Shown: piece by piece, positions 47,378 to 56,039 of the stretch
Position numbering within the stretch: position 1 is the first letter of the stretch
Layout of the letters: each line of letters begins with the position of its first letter
Assembly (NCBI GenBank): GCA_965243395.1
Contig: CBDEUS010000001.1
Span: 512,001-576,000 of the forward strand
DNA: 64,000 nt
Reading direction: 5' to 3'
From: Gammaproteobacteria bacterium
GTDB lineage: Bacteria; Pseudomonadota; Gammaproteobacteria; UBA4575
Position numbers and translations under genes: made by a program
Notes under the pieces: generated by a model
Databases searched by the model: none
What the model saw: only the letters and a program-made list of their open reading frames with translations
Told to the model about the DNA's origin: nothing

Positions 47378-48526
47378 ATGAAGAAACTATTAATCAACGC
47401 GCGCTATTTTTTAGCCCCGTTTTTAATATTAGCGAGTTTATTCGGTGTATTAGCGGGGGGTCCATGGGTATGGACCGGCGTATTACTACTGGGACTGGGT
47501 ATCATCATAGACACCCTGACAACAGCACAAACACCCGGCGCGGGATTTGACGAAAACGGCGACACCAACGGCATCGTGCCCTTACTGAATGGCACCATGT
47601 ACGGCATGCTGGCGGTATTTGTCCTTTTGCAACTGGCCCTTGCCTGGCGCATCTGGCAATACACCAACGGCGTCCCTGTTGTACCGGGGGGTGAAACCAT
47701 CCTGGGCCTTGCGGTTCAAGACGGCATCACCGGCAGCCAACTTGTAGGCGCAGTACTATCCACCGGCATCTTTGCCGGCATCGGCATCATCTACGGACAC
47801 GAACTGGCGCACACCAAAGGCTTCAGCTTCGTGATTGCGCGCTGGATGATGGCATTAAGTGGCAAAGCCCACTTCTGCTACGCGCACGTATACAACCACC
47901 ACCTAGAACTCGGTCACCAAGACGACCCAGCGACCGCGCCACGCGGGCGCAGCATGTACGCCCACTACCCACTATCCGGGTTGGGGCAAAGCAAATTCCT
48001 CTTCATGATGGAAAAACAACGTCTTGAAAGACTAGGAGTACCCTTCCTATCCTGGCAAAACCGCTGGATCCGAGGCTACTTCATGGCATTGCCAACCGTA
48101 CTTCTGTTCTGGTTCGTAGGCGGCTGGCTTGGCATGCTCTGCTTAGCGGGCGTATGGCTGATCTCCAACTTCGAACTCGAAGTCCTCAACTACCTTGAGC
48201 ACTACGGATTGATTCGCGAGAAAGGCCAACCGATTGACTACCGTCATAGCTGGGACAACTCCACCGCGTTTACCAGCTGGTTCTTTATCGAGATTGGTCG
48301 CCAGGCCGACCATCACGATCGCGGCGAGACCCACTTTTGGGAACTCGACGAAGTGGGTGCACCGAACTGCGGACGCGGCTACTTCACCCTGTTTGCATTA
48401 GGCTTATTGCCACCGGTGTTTCATGCCTACATGAAGCAACAGTTGGCGAAGTGGGATGACGAGATGGCCTCTGAGGGCGAACTTAAGATCGCGGACCAGA
48501 TGAATAAACAGGCCGGGTACGCTTAA
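47378..48526 (+). CDS. Integral-membrane non-heme diiron monooxygenase (AlkB/XylM, fatty-acid-desaturase superfamily)
   Basis: His boxes HELAH, AHVYNHH, NYLEHYG and QADHH; DPATAPRG motif; XylM-like termini (RYFLAP..., WD...ASEGE...A...NKQAG). Confidence 0.9.
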   Translation: MKKLLINARYFLAPFLILASLFGVLAGGPWVWTGVLLLGLGIIIDTLTTAQTPGAGFDENGDTNGIVPLLNGTMYGMLAVFVLLQLALAWRIWQYTNGVPVVPGGETILGLAVQDGITGSQLVGAVLSTGIFAGIGIIYGHELAHTKGFSFVIARWMMALSGKAHFCYAHVYNHHLELGHQDDPATAPRGRSMYAHYPLSGLGQSKFLFMMEKQRLERLGVPFLSWQNRWIRGYFMALPTVLLFWFVGGWLGMLCLAGVWLISNFELEVLNYLEHYGLIREKGQPIDYRHSWDNSTAFTSWFFIEIGRQADHHDRGETHFWELDEVGAPNCGRGYFTLFALGLLPPVFHAYMKQQLAKWDDEMASEGELKIADQMNKQAGYA

Positions 48527-48550
48527 TTCGTACTCCAAGTTTAAGTTGCG

Positions 48551-48598
48551 TGCTTAGTTCACCTGTTCAAAATTTGGGCAGGTGAGGTGAGCATTTTT
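48551..48598 (+). terminator. Long hairpin with U-tract after the monooxygenase gene
   Basis: TGCTTA..TCACCTGTTCAAA / TTTGGGCAGGTGA..TGAGCA followed by TTTTT. Confidence 0.7.
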
Positions 48599-48674
48599 AG
48601 TCAAAAAGCTATTAAAATCTGAAAAAAAACGGCAAACTATAGCCATATAATTAAGTAGAACAGGAGTTCCAACA

Positions 48675-48854
48675 ATGAAAGTAACTTATGATGCAGACAC
48701 ATGCAGTCATGCAGGAGAGTGTGTAAAAGGTTCACCCACAGTATTTAAAGTAGAAGACGGTCAATTTGTAATTGATACTGACGCTGCGCCGGAAGCAGAA
48801 ATTCGTGAAACTGTTTCTAAGTGCCCATCAGGTGCTTTAAAAATAGAAGGTTAG
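48675..48854 (+). CDS. Small divergent mono-cluster ferredoxin (YjdI/Fer4_19-like), 59 aa
   Basis: Manual translation MKVTYDADTCSHAGECVKGSPTVFKVEDGQFVIDTDAAPEAEIRETVSKCPSGALKIEG with CxHxxxC ... CPSGAL; AGGAG RBS; missed by the ORF track. Confidence 0.85.
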   Translation: MKVTYDADTCSHAGECVKGSPTVFKVEDGQFVIDTDAAPEAEIRETVSKCPSGALKIEG

Positions 48855-49007
48855 ACTGATAAGAATCAGTTTTAGAGTTTTACTTTAGTGCTGATTAACA
48901 CTAAAGTTTTAAATAAATAAAAATGAATGGTTGAGGAGTGTTTTTTACAGAGCACACTTAACATTGTTTAAAATTATCCTAATGAAGTTTGTCAATTAGG
49001 GGGAGAT

Positions 49008-49661
49008 ATGATTGGAGATCAACTAAGAACAAAAATGATTTTGAGCGGACATCCAAGTTGTCCAAACACAGGAAAATGTTTACAAACTGCTGGTGAAAAA
49101 GGTGTTGATGTAGAAACCGTGGTGATCAGCGGAATGGATGACAGTGATTTTCTAGCAAAATCTCCTTATGGCATCGGTCCTGTACTACAAGATATTGACT
49201 TTATTGTTTATGGGACAACTGCTGTGATGTCATATCTTGATGATAAAGGCTTTGGCCCATCTCTTGTTCCACGGAATGGCGTACATCGAGCAGTGATGTA
49301 TCAATGGGCTGGTATAGCAACTGAAAAAGTTCAGGCCATGATGGGAGATAACATGGATAAAGATGGACTTGGTACGTTGTTTGACGGTTTAGAAGCACAA
49401 GTTAAAAATCCACCTAAGAAAGGTGATTTTATTTGTGGTGATTTTTCATTGGCTGATATTCACTGGGCTGCTTGCTGTAACTTACTAGAGCACTCTGGTG
49501 CTGGTGATTTAATAAGTTCTCGCTCCGGTGTTAGTGCCTGGTATGACAAAGTAAAATCGCACCCATCAACTAGTAAAGAAAAGCTTGAGCCATACAGCTG
49601 CTTGCCAACTGCAAGTGATGTAAGTTCTGGTACTTTGCGAGATATTTCAATAAACGTTTAG
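49008..49661 (+). CDS. Glutathione S-transferase-fold protein
   Basis: N-terminal SPYG..PVLQD.D..V....AV.SYLDD and C-terminal FICGDFSLADI...W...VKSHPS patterns of cytosolic GSTs; GGGGAG RBS. Confidence 0.85.
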   Translation: MIGDQLRTKMILSGHPSCPNTGKCLQTAGEKGVDVETVVISGMDDSDFLAKSPYGIGPVLQDIDFIVYGTTAVMSYLDDKGFGPSLVPRNGVHRAVMYQWAGIATEKVQAMMGDNMDKDGLGTLFDGLEAQVKNPPKKGDFICGDFSLADIHWAACCNLLEHSGAGDLISSRSGVSAWYDKVKSHPSTSKEKLEPYSCLPTASDVSSGTLRDISINV

Positions 49662-49732
49662 AAAATATTTCTTTTTTAAACACATACAAGCGTTCTCAAT
49701 ACTGGAAAGGACGCCAGTGAGTACTCGAAATC

Positions 49733-50812
49733 ATGTTTGGACTATTCGGCGGTAATAAAGACTGGCATGCAACCATCAATGCTGGTGAGCACACTATCAC
49801 GGTTAAAGCCGGTGACAATTTATTAAATGCTGCACTTGAGGCAGGTATACCTTGGCCTCATGATTGCCGTGTAGGGAGTTGCAGTACCTGTCAGTGCACA
49901 CTGAAAAGTGGCAAAATCAAAGCATTAACTGATTTTTCTTATGTGTTAGATCCTGACCAACTTAAAAGTGGCAGGATATTGGCATGTCAAACACGTTTAA
50001 AAACTGATGTAGAAATTGAGGTAGAGCTCAGTGATGCTCCTGCAGTTGAGCTTAAATCCTATGACGGCAAAATTATCAGTGCCAAAAACCTTACCCATGA
50101 CATTAAAGAATTAGTGATTAAATGTGATGGTGATGTTGATCACTCAGGAATGGCGGGACAATATTCAGAAGTAAAAATTGAATCAATTGAGGAACCTCGA
50201 TCCTATTCTTATGCAAAGGCTCCAAAGCAAGAGAAGCCAGGCGAGTTTACTTTTTATGTGCGTTTGGTGCCGAATGGTAAATTCACCGAGTGGCTATTTG
50301 CGGAAGATAGGGTGGGTGAAAGCGTTAAACTAACAGGACCGTATGGGCAATTTTATCGTCGTGAAGAAGACTCAACGATGGTTTGTATTGCTGGTGGAAG
50401 TGGGATGAGTGCGATTAAGGCAATATTGGAGGACTCTGCAGCACAGCAAATTAAGCGCGATTGTCTATATTTGTTTGGCGCACGTACCCAAGATGATCTT
50501 TATTGTATAGATGATATGGCTACCATTGGTACCAAGTGGAATAAAGATAATTCCTTTGAATTTGTACCAGTACTTAATATGGAACCAGAAGACAGTAATT
50601 GGGACGGTGCGAGGGGCTTGGTAACAGATTATTTGAAGTCAGCCTATGTGGATACTGGTAAAATAAACATGGGTAAGTCCCAAGGTTATTTATGTGGTCC
50701 ACCACCGATGATTGATGCGGCAATTGATGTAATGGTGGACCAGGGAATGAATAAAGAGAACATATTCTTTGATAAGTTCTTGGATGCGAGTTCAATGCCC
50801 GGAGGGCGTTAG
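49733..50812 (+). CDS. XylA-type 2Fe-2S ferredoxin/FAD-NAD(P)H reductase
   Basis: CRVGSCSTC ... LAC plant-type 2Fe-2S ligands, RSYS FAD motif, IAGGSG and YLCGPPPM motifs. Confidence 0.93.
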   Translation: MFGLFGGNKDWHATINAGEHTITVKAGDNLLNAALEAGIPWPHDCRVGSCSTCQCTLKSGKIKALTDFSYVLDPDQLKSGRILACQTRLKTDVEIEVELSDAPAVELKSYDGKIISAKNLTHDIKELVIKCDGDVDHSGMAGQYSEVKIESIEEPRSYSYAKAPKQEKPGEFTFYVRLVPNGKFTEWLFAEDRVGESVKLTGPYGQFYRREEDSTMVCIAGGSGMSAIKAILEDSAAQQIKRDCLYLFGARTQDDLYCIDDMATIGTKWNKDNSFEFVPVLNMEPEDSNWDGARGLVTDYLKSAYVDTGKINMGKSQGYLCGPPPMIDAAIDVMVDQGMNKENIFFDKFLDASSMPGGR

Positions 50813-50843
50813 GTATATTTATAAAGAGTATTAGGAGACGGTT

Positions 50844-51071
50844 ATGCGTACATTACAAGCATTAGGAGTAATGGCACTTTGGACCATTGCATTTTTAGGA
50901 ATTATGAACTGGCTTAATGTTGGCGCGCACAATAGAGAATGGTATTGGGCGCTTGGTACAGCACTGATGTTCATAATTATGATCATAGGTAATTTCTGGA
51001 TCTTTTTTGCAATTGGTAAAGAAGAACCATGGGATTGGGTCAAAAATAAAGAAAGTGGTGGTGAAGAATAG
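50844..51071 (+). CDS. Small two-TM hypothetical membrane protein
   Basis: AGGAG RBS, two hydrophobic helices, Trp-rich; last gene before the shared terminator. Confidence 0.75.
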   Translation: MRTLQALGVMALWTIAFLGIMNWLNVGAHNREWYWALGTALMFIIMIIGNFWIFFAIGKEEPWDWVKNKESGGEE

Positions 51072-51098
51072 TATTCACTATATTTTCAAGTTGAAAAT

Positions 51099-51134
51099 AA
51101 AAAAGGCTGCAATACTAAATGCGGCCTTTTTTTT
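51099..51134. terminator. Bidirectional intrinsic terminator
   Basis: AAAAAAGGCTGCA ... TGCGGCCTTTTTTTT between convergent genes. Confidence 0.85.
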
Positions 51135-52050
51135 ATTCGATAGTCTTACTTGAATAAGGGATTTTTTTAGTTTTTGGGATTTTTTCGACATCCCAATTTT
51201 CAATTGCCCAGCTCCACACTTGTGATAGAGATTCTTTAGCTAGGTTTTTGGGTGTCTCCTGGCCCAAGTCTTGTAAAGCCTGAAGCAGAATATTTACACA
51301 GTTATGTTTAGTAATTGCGCTTGCTTTCGTCTGTTTGCTTAATTTCTGCCCATGTTCATTCACTATGACGGGAACATGTAAAAAATCTGGAATAGGAAGT
51401 TGTAATAGTTTACATATATAAATTTGAATTGGTGCAAATGGCATTAAATCTATACCTCTAACAATCTCCGTAATTCCCTGCATTGCATCGTCTATAACTA
51501 CCGCTAAAGAATAACTCGGTAAATTAAATTTACGGTAAATTACTATGTCACCAATTTCATTCTGTAAATTGTGAATTTGTAAGCCATAGTGTAAATCTTG
51601 ATAAGACACGTCTTTTTTATCAACACGCAAGCGTAAGTTAAAATTTGTGTCAGTCAACGGTAGTTGTTTATTAGCGCAAATACCGGGGTAATGTTTACCT
51701 AAATCAGTTTTTTGTGGGTTATGTTCTAATTCTTTACGTGTGCACGAGCATGCATATATGTGCTGCTGTTGAATAAGTGTATCTAACGAAGAATGATAAT
51801 TTTCAAAACGAGTAGATTGATAAAGTGGTTCTTGGTCCCATTTAAATTGATAGATTTCAAGTGTGGATATAATATCTTCTGCCGCACCATGCACTTCTCT
51901 TGGTGGGTCGATGTCCTCAATGCGAATAAGCCACTCGCCATTATTATGTTTAGCTTGTAAATAACTTGCAGTTGCTGCAACAAGTGAGCCGTAATGCAAT
52001 GGCCCAGTAGGTGAAGGTGCGAATCTTCCTACATATCGAGGTTTTTTCAC
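51133..52050 (-). CDS. gluQ: Glutamyl-Q tRNA(Asp) synthetase
   Basis: YVGRFAPSPTGPLHYGS, RIEDID.PR and KLSKQ motifs, no anticodon-binding domain; downstream of dksA. Confidence 0.95.
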   Translation of the reverse strand: MKKPRYVGRFAPSPTGPLHYGSLVAATASYLQAKHNNGEWLIRIEDIDPPREVHGAAEDIISTLEIYQFKWDQEPLYQSTRFENYHSSLDTLIQQQHIYACSCTRKELEHNPQKTDLGKHYPGICANKQLPLTDTNFNLRLRVDKKDVSYQDLHYGLQIHNLQNEIGDIVIYRKFNLPSYSLAVVIDDAMQGITEIVRGIDLMPFAPIQIYICKLLQLPIPDFLHVPVIVNEHGQKLSKQTKASAITKHNCVNILLQALQDLGQETPKNLAKESLSQVWSWAIENWDVEKIPKTKKIPYSSKTIE

Positions 52051-52096
52051 ACTGTATCTACAAACATTTTAAGTTTGAAAACATAGTTAAAATAAA

Positions 52097-52948
52097 CTAT
52101 GTAAATATTTGTTTTTCCTTAATTTCTTGAAGAGTTTTGCAGTCGATGCATAAAGTAGCAGTGGGTCTCGCTTCAAGGCGTTTGATGCCAATTTCTATTC
52201 CACACGATTCACAATACCCGTAGTCTTCGGCATCAATTGAGGCAAGTGTTTTATTAATTTTTCTTATTAGTTTGCTTTCACGGTCGCGTGTACGAAGCTC
52301 CAAGCTAAATTCTTCTTCCTGAGTAGCGCGATCAGCTGGGTCGGCAAATTGACTTGCATCGTTCTTCATTTGATCAACCGTGCGATTCACCTCATCTAAC
52401 AATTCTTGTTTCCACGTAAGAAGAATATTTCTGAAATGTTCTAACTGTTTATCGCTCATATAGCTTTCACCGCGATGCATGGTGTAGGGAGTAATACCTT
52501 CAACAGGTAGTTCTACAGGCGAGCGTTTATTAAGTAGTTCGATACGCTTCTTCTTTTTTTCTTCCCTTTTTGCCTGTAATTTTTGTTCTTGCAGTTCGGC
52601 TTTTGTGGGTTTTTTTTCTGCGGCTTTTTTTGCACTTACCTTCTTTGTGGCAGCCTTCTTTTTGGGTGCAGCCTTTTTCTTTACCGCAGCCTTCTTTTTG
52701 GGTGCAGCCTTTTTCTTTACCGCAGCCTTCTTTTTGGGTGCAGCCTTTTTCTTTACCGCAGCCTTTTTCTTGGGTGCAGCCTTTTTCTTTACCGCAGCCT
52801 TCTTTTTGGGTGCAGCTTTTTTCTTTACCGCAGCCTTCTTTTTGGGTGCAGCTTTTTTCTTTACCGCAGCCTTCTTCTTGGGTGCAGCCTTTTTCTTCGC
52901 TGCGGCCTTCTTCTTAGGTGTGGTTTTTTTCTTTGTCTTGGCTGGCAT
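52097..52948 (-). CDS. dksA: RNA polymerase-binding transcription factor DksA with N-terminal Lys/Ala/Pro repeat extension
   Basis: ADPADRATQEEE coiled-coil tip, CESC...CIDC zinc finger, RLEARPTA motif; likely start ATG 52948 (ORF track 53005). Confidence 0.95.
   Translation of the reverse strand: MPAKTKKKTTPKKKAAAKKKAAPKKKAAVKKKAAPKKKAAVKKKAAPKKKAAVKKKAAPKKKAAVKKKAAPKKKAAVKKKAAPKKKAAVKKKAAPKKKAATKKVSAKKAAEKKPTKAELQEQKLQAKREEKKKKRIELLNKRSPVELPVEGITPYTMHRGESYMSDKQLEHFRNILLTWKQELLDEVNRTVDQMKNDASQFADPADRATQEEEFSLELRTRDRESKLIRKINKTLASIDAEDYGYCESCGIEIGIKRLEARPTATLCIDCKTLQEIKEKQIFT
52646..52915 (-). repeat. In-frame tandem repeat, 15 x 18 bp (36-bp higher-order unit), encoding KKKAA[P/V]
   Basis: Plus-strand unit GCAGCCTTCTTTTTGGGTGCAGCCTTTTTCTTTACC repeated with a few synonymous changes. 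Confidence 0.95.
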
Positions 52949-53054
52949 GAATGACCCTCTTAAAATGAAGCCCGCTTTTATGCCAGATCTATCGCTCGGT
53001 GGCAAGCTACGATTTTAGGTAAGTCAGAAGTGATGTTGAAAATTGGCTTATTTA

Positions 53055-54434
53055 CTAAGATTTAGACTTTTCAGTAGATTTTTTTTCTACTCTGGCCGTA
53101 AGCTGCCCTTTTGCAAGCTGAACCGAAATTTCATCATTTATCGCTATTTGGCGGCTATCGCGTAAAATTTGGCCAGTATTTTCATTACTGGCAATGGCAT
53201 AGCCACGGCTTAGAGTGCCAAGGGGGCTGAATGCATCTAGTGTTCGTGTCAGGCCTTGCAGGGCCTGTTGCTTTTGTTGAAGCTTGGTTTTTACAAGCGA
53301 ATAAATTTCTTTTTGGAGCTGTATTAACTTCATATTAGCTTCTCGAATCCGCACTTTAGGAGATTGATTTTCTAATTTGAGTGTCAATTCATTTAATAAA
53401 TTAGAAAGTTCAGAGGTATTGAGCCTGACAGCACTATATACACGTCTTTGCAGTTCATTAAGGTGCTCTTGTTTACGCAGAATTGTTTGTTTTGGGTGCA
53501 ACCGCTCCAAACGTTGATACAACCAATCAATAGTTTGATGTTTCACACTTATTGAATCATTTATAAGGTACGTTAATGTGCTTTCAAATTGTTGAAACGA
53601 TTCACTAAGTTCGTCTTGATGAGGAGTAATTAATTCAGCAGCTGCGGAAGGAGTAGGTGCGCGAAGATCAGCAACAAAGTCCGCAATTGTGAAATCTACT
53701 TCATGCCCGATACCTGTAACAATAGGAATTTGTGAATGGAAAATTGCACGAGCAACGGTTTCTTCATTAAAAGACCAAAGATCTTCAATTGAACCTCCAC
53801 CACGTGCTAAAAGAACGATGTCACTTGCTCTTGATTTATTAATTGCATGTATTGCATCTACAATTGCCTCAGCAGAATTCTCTCCCTGTACAGGTACAGC
53901 GTAAATACGTATGCTCAATAGTGGATAGCGGCGTTTTAATACACTGATAATGTCACGAATAGCAGCACCCGATGCAGAAGTTACGATACTGATAACATTT
54001 GGAAACTCTGGAAGTTTTTGTTTATTTTCACTGTCAAATAAGCCTTCAAGTTTAAGTTTATGTTTTAATTCTTCATATTTTCTTTGCAGGATTCCTACAC
54101 CTGCTTCTTCCATGTGTTCAATTGTGAGTTGGTATTCTCCCCTGGGTTCATATACACCTACACGCGCACGTACTAAAACATGCATGCCATCCTCGGGCTG
54201 AAAGGGCAATAAACGATTAGCACTACGAAACATGGCGCAACGTACTTGAGCCTGTGCATCTTTCAATGAAAAATAAATGTGCCCTGAAGCTGGAAAAGCA
54301 ACGTTAGAAAGTTCACCTTCCACCCAAAGTAGAGGAAAGTTTTGCTGTAGAAGTTGCTTAACCTCACGATTGAGTTGCTGAACGGAGTATATTTCTCGTT
54401 CTTCAAAATCCATGCTTACTTGCTCGATATCCAT
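53055..54434 (-). CDS. xseA: Exodeoxyribonuclease VII large subunit
   Basis: WVEGELSN...SGHIYFSLKD, RGGGSIEDLW and GHEVDFTIADFVAD.RAPTPSAAAE motifs. Confidence 0.98.
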   Translation of the reverse strand: MDIEQVSMDFEEREIYSVQQLNREVKQLLQQNFPLLWVEGELSNVAFPASGHIYFSLKDAQAQVRCAMFRSANRLLPFQPEDGMHVLVRARVGVYEPRGEYQLTIEHMEEAGVGILQRKYEELKHKLKLEGLFDSENKQKLPEFPNVISIVTSASGAAIRDIISVLKRRYPLLSIRIYAVPVQGENSAEAIVDAIHAINKSRASDIVLLARGGGSIEDLWSFNEETVARAIFHSQIPIVTGIGHEVDFTIADFVADLRAPTPSAAAELITPHQDELSESFQQFESTLTYLINDSISVKHQTIDWLYQRLERLHPKQTILRKQEHLNELQRRVYSAVRLNTSELSNLLNELTLKLENQSPKVRIREANMKLIQLQKEIYSLVKTKLQQKQQALQGLTRTLDAFSPLGTLSRGYAIASNENTGQILRDSRQIAINDEISVQLAKGQLTARVEKKSTEKSKS

Positions 54435-54492
54435 AGTGGCTATAGTACGCGATCTTTATAGGAGTAGTGGCAGAAATAATCGCTAATTAACA

Positions 54493-54521
54493 TTTACCAC
54501 TCCTAGCTCAGTCACTATAAT
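54493..54521 (+). promoter_or_regulatory. Sigma-70 promoter of guaBA
   Basis: TTTACC-N17-TATAAT followed by a GC-rich discriminator GAGCCGCC. Confidence 0.65.
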
Positions 54522-54549
54522 GAGCCGCCACTTTGGCACAGGATGGCTT

Positions 54550-56007
54550 ATGCGAATTCGACAAGACGCGCTTACTTTTGACGATGTTTCACTCGTCCCT
54601 GCCCACTCAAGCGTCTTGCCGCTCGATGTAAATCTAAAAACCCAACTGACGAGGGAAATTTCATTAAATATGCCTTTGGTATCTGCTGCGATGGATACTG
54701 TGACGGAAGCGCGCCTTGCAATTTCGATGGCTCAAGAGGGTGGTTTTGGTGTTATTCATAAAAACTTAACTGTCGACCAACAAGCCAATGAAGTTAGCCT
54801 GGTGAAAAAGTTCGAAAGTGGTGTGATTAAAGAACCGATTTGTGTTGAACCCGGCACTAGTATTGGGGAAGTTTTAGAACTTACGAGAGAGAAAAATATA
54901 TCGGGTGTACCCGTTGTCTCGGGTGAATCACTTGTTGGTATTGTTACTAGTAGAGACCTACGTTTTGAAAAACGTAGAGACGAGCCTGTTTCAAAAATTA
55001 TGACTCCGCAAGAACGTTTAGTTACGGTCAAAGAGGGTGCAGACAAAGATGAAATTAAAAAACTTTTACACGAACACCGTATAGAAAAAGTTTTAGTTGT
55101 TAATAATGATTTTGAGCTACGTGGCTTAATTACCGTAAAAGATATTCAAAAATCAAAGGATTTTCCACTGGCATGTAAAGATCATGAAGGAAGATTGATC
55201 GTTGGGGCAGCAGTTGGTGTAGGAACTAATACGGATGAGCGTGTGAACGCCTTAGTACAGGCTGGAGTTGATGTTATTGTCGTTGATACCGCACACGGAC
55301 ATTCACAGGCGGTGCTAGACCGAGTCACTTGGGTAAAAAATAACTTTCCGGAAGTTCAGGTTATTGGCGGGAATATAGCTACAGGAGAAGCTGCAAAAGA
55401 TTTGATCAAAGCAGGTGCTGATGCTGTTAAAGTTGGAATTGGTCCTGGATCTATTTGTACGACTAGAATTGTTGCAGGTGTAGGGGTGCCACAAATCAGT
55501 GCTGTTGATCATGTTTGTGAAGCGGTTAAAGGTGAAGTACCTGTGGTAGCTGATGGCGGTATACGTTATTCGGGTGATATTGCTAAAGCCATAGCCGCTG
55601 GTGCAAATACTGTAATGATTGGAGGATTGTTCGCGGGAACAAAAGAAGCACCTGGAGAAGTGGAACTTTACCAAGGGCGTTCATATAAAAGTTATCGTGG
55701 TATGGGTTCACTTGCAGCAATGCAACAAGGATCAAGTGATCGTTATTTCCAGGATGATGAGGCTGGTGTAGATAAATTTGTGCCTGAGGGTATTGAGGGG
55801 CGTGTGCCTTATAAAGGTACGGTGGTTAATATATTGCAACAACTGCTAGGTGGATTACGCTCAAGCATGGGATATGTAGGATGTGGAAATATTGAAGACA
55901 TGCGTACTAAGCCTGAGTTTGTGAAAATTTCGGCTGCAGGTAATCGAGAAAGCCATGTACATGATGTAACGATTACGAAAGAAGCACCGAATTATCACGT
56001 CGAATAA
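54550..56007 (+). CDS. guaB: IMP dehydrogenase
   Basis: [19 protein letters not shown] pair, [11 protein letters not shown] and YRGMGS motifs; ATG 54550 preferred because 54520 overlaps the -10 box. Confidence 0.99.
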   Translation: MRIRQDALTFDDVSLVPAHSSVLPLDVNLKTQLTREISLNMPLVSAAMDTVTEARLAISMAQEGGFGVIHKNLTVDQQANEVSLVKKFESGVIKEPICVEPGTSIGEVLELTREKNISGVPVVSGESLVGIVTSRDLRFEKRRDEPVSKIMTPQERLVTVKEGADKDEIKKLLHEHRIEKVLVVNNDFELRGLITVKDIQKSKDFPLACKDHEGRLIVGAAVGVGTNTDERVNALVQAGVDVIVVDTAHGHSQAVLDRVTWVKNNFPEVQVIGGNIATGEAAKDLIKAGADAVKVGIGPGSICTTRIVAGVGVPQISAVDHVCEAVKGEVPVVADGGIRYSGDIAKAIAAGANTVMIGGLFAGTKEAPGEVELYQGRSYKSYRGMGSLAAMQQGSSDRYFQDDEAGVDKFVPEGIEGRVPYKGTVVNILQQLLGGLRSSMGYVGCGNIEDMRTKPEFVKISAAGNRESHVHDVTITKEAPNYHVE

Positions 56008-56039
56008 CTACACTTTTCCATTTATATTTTTGACGTTAC

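Noticed and set aside
49695-49703. CTCAATACT, matching the start of the palindromic element's conserved block
   Set aside because: Only 9 nt match, and the partner GCCTCGTCTTGAG block and nested stems are absent.
52646-52915. Possible CRISPR array (36-bp periodicity)
   Set aside because: The units are contiguous with no unique spacers, lie in frame within dksA, and no cas genes are present.
52570-53018. Three overlapping plus-strand ORFs with periodic Phe-rich sequences
   Set aside because: Antisense shadows of the dksA KKKAA repeat, which lacks stops in those frames.
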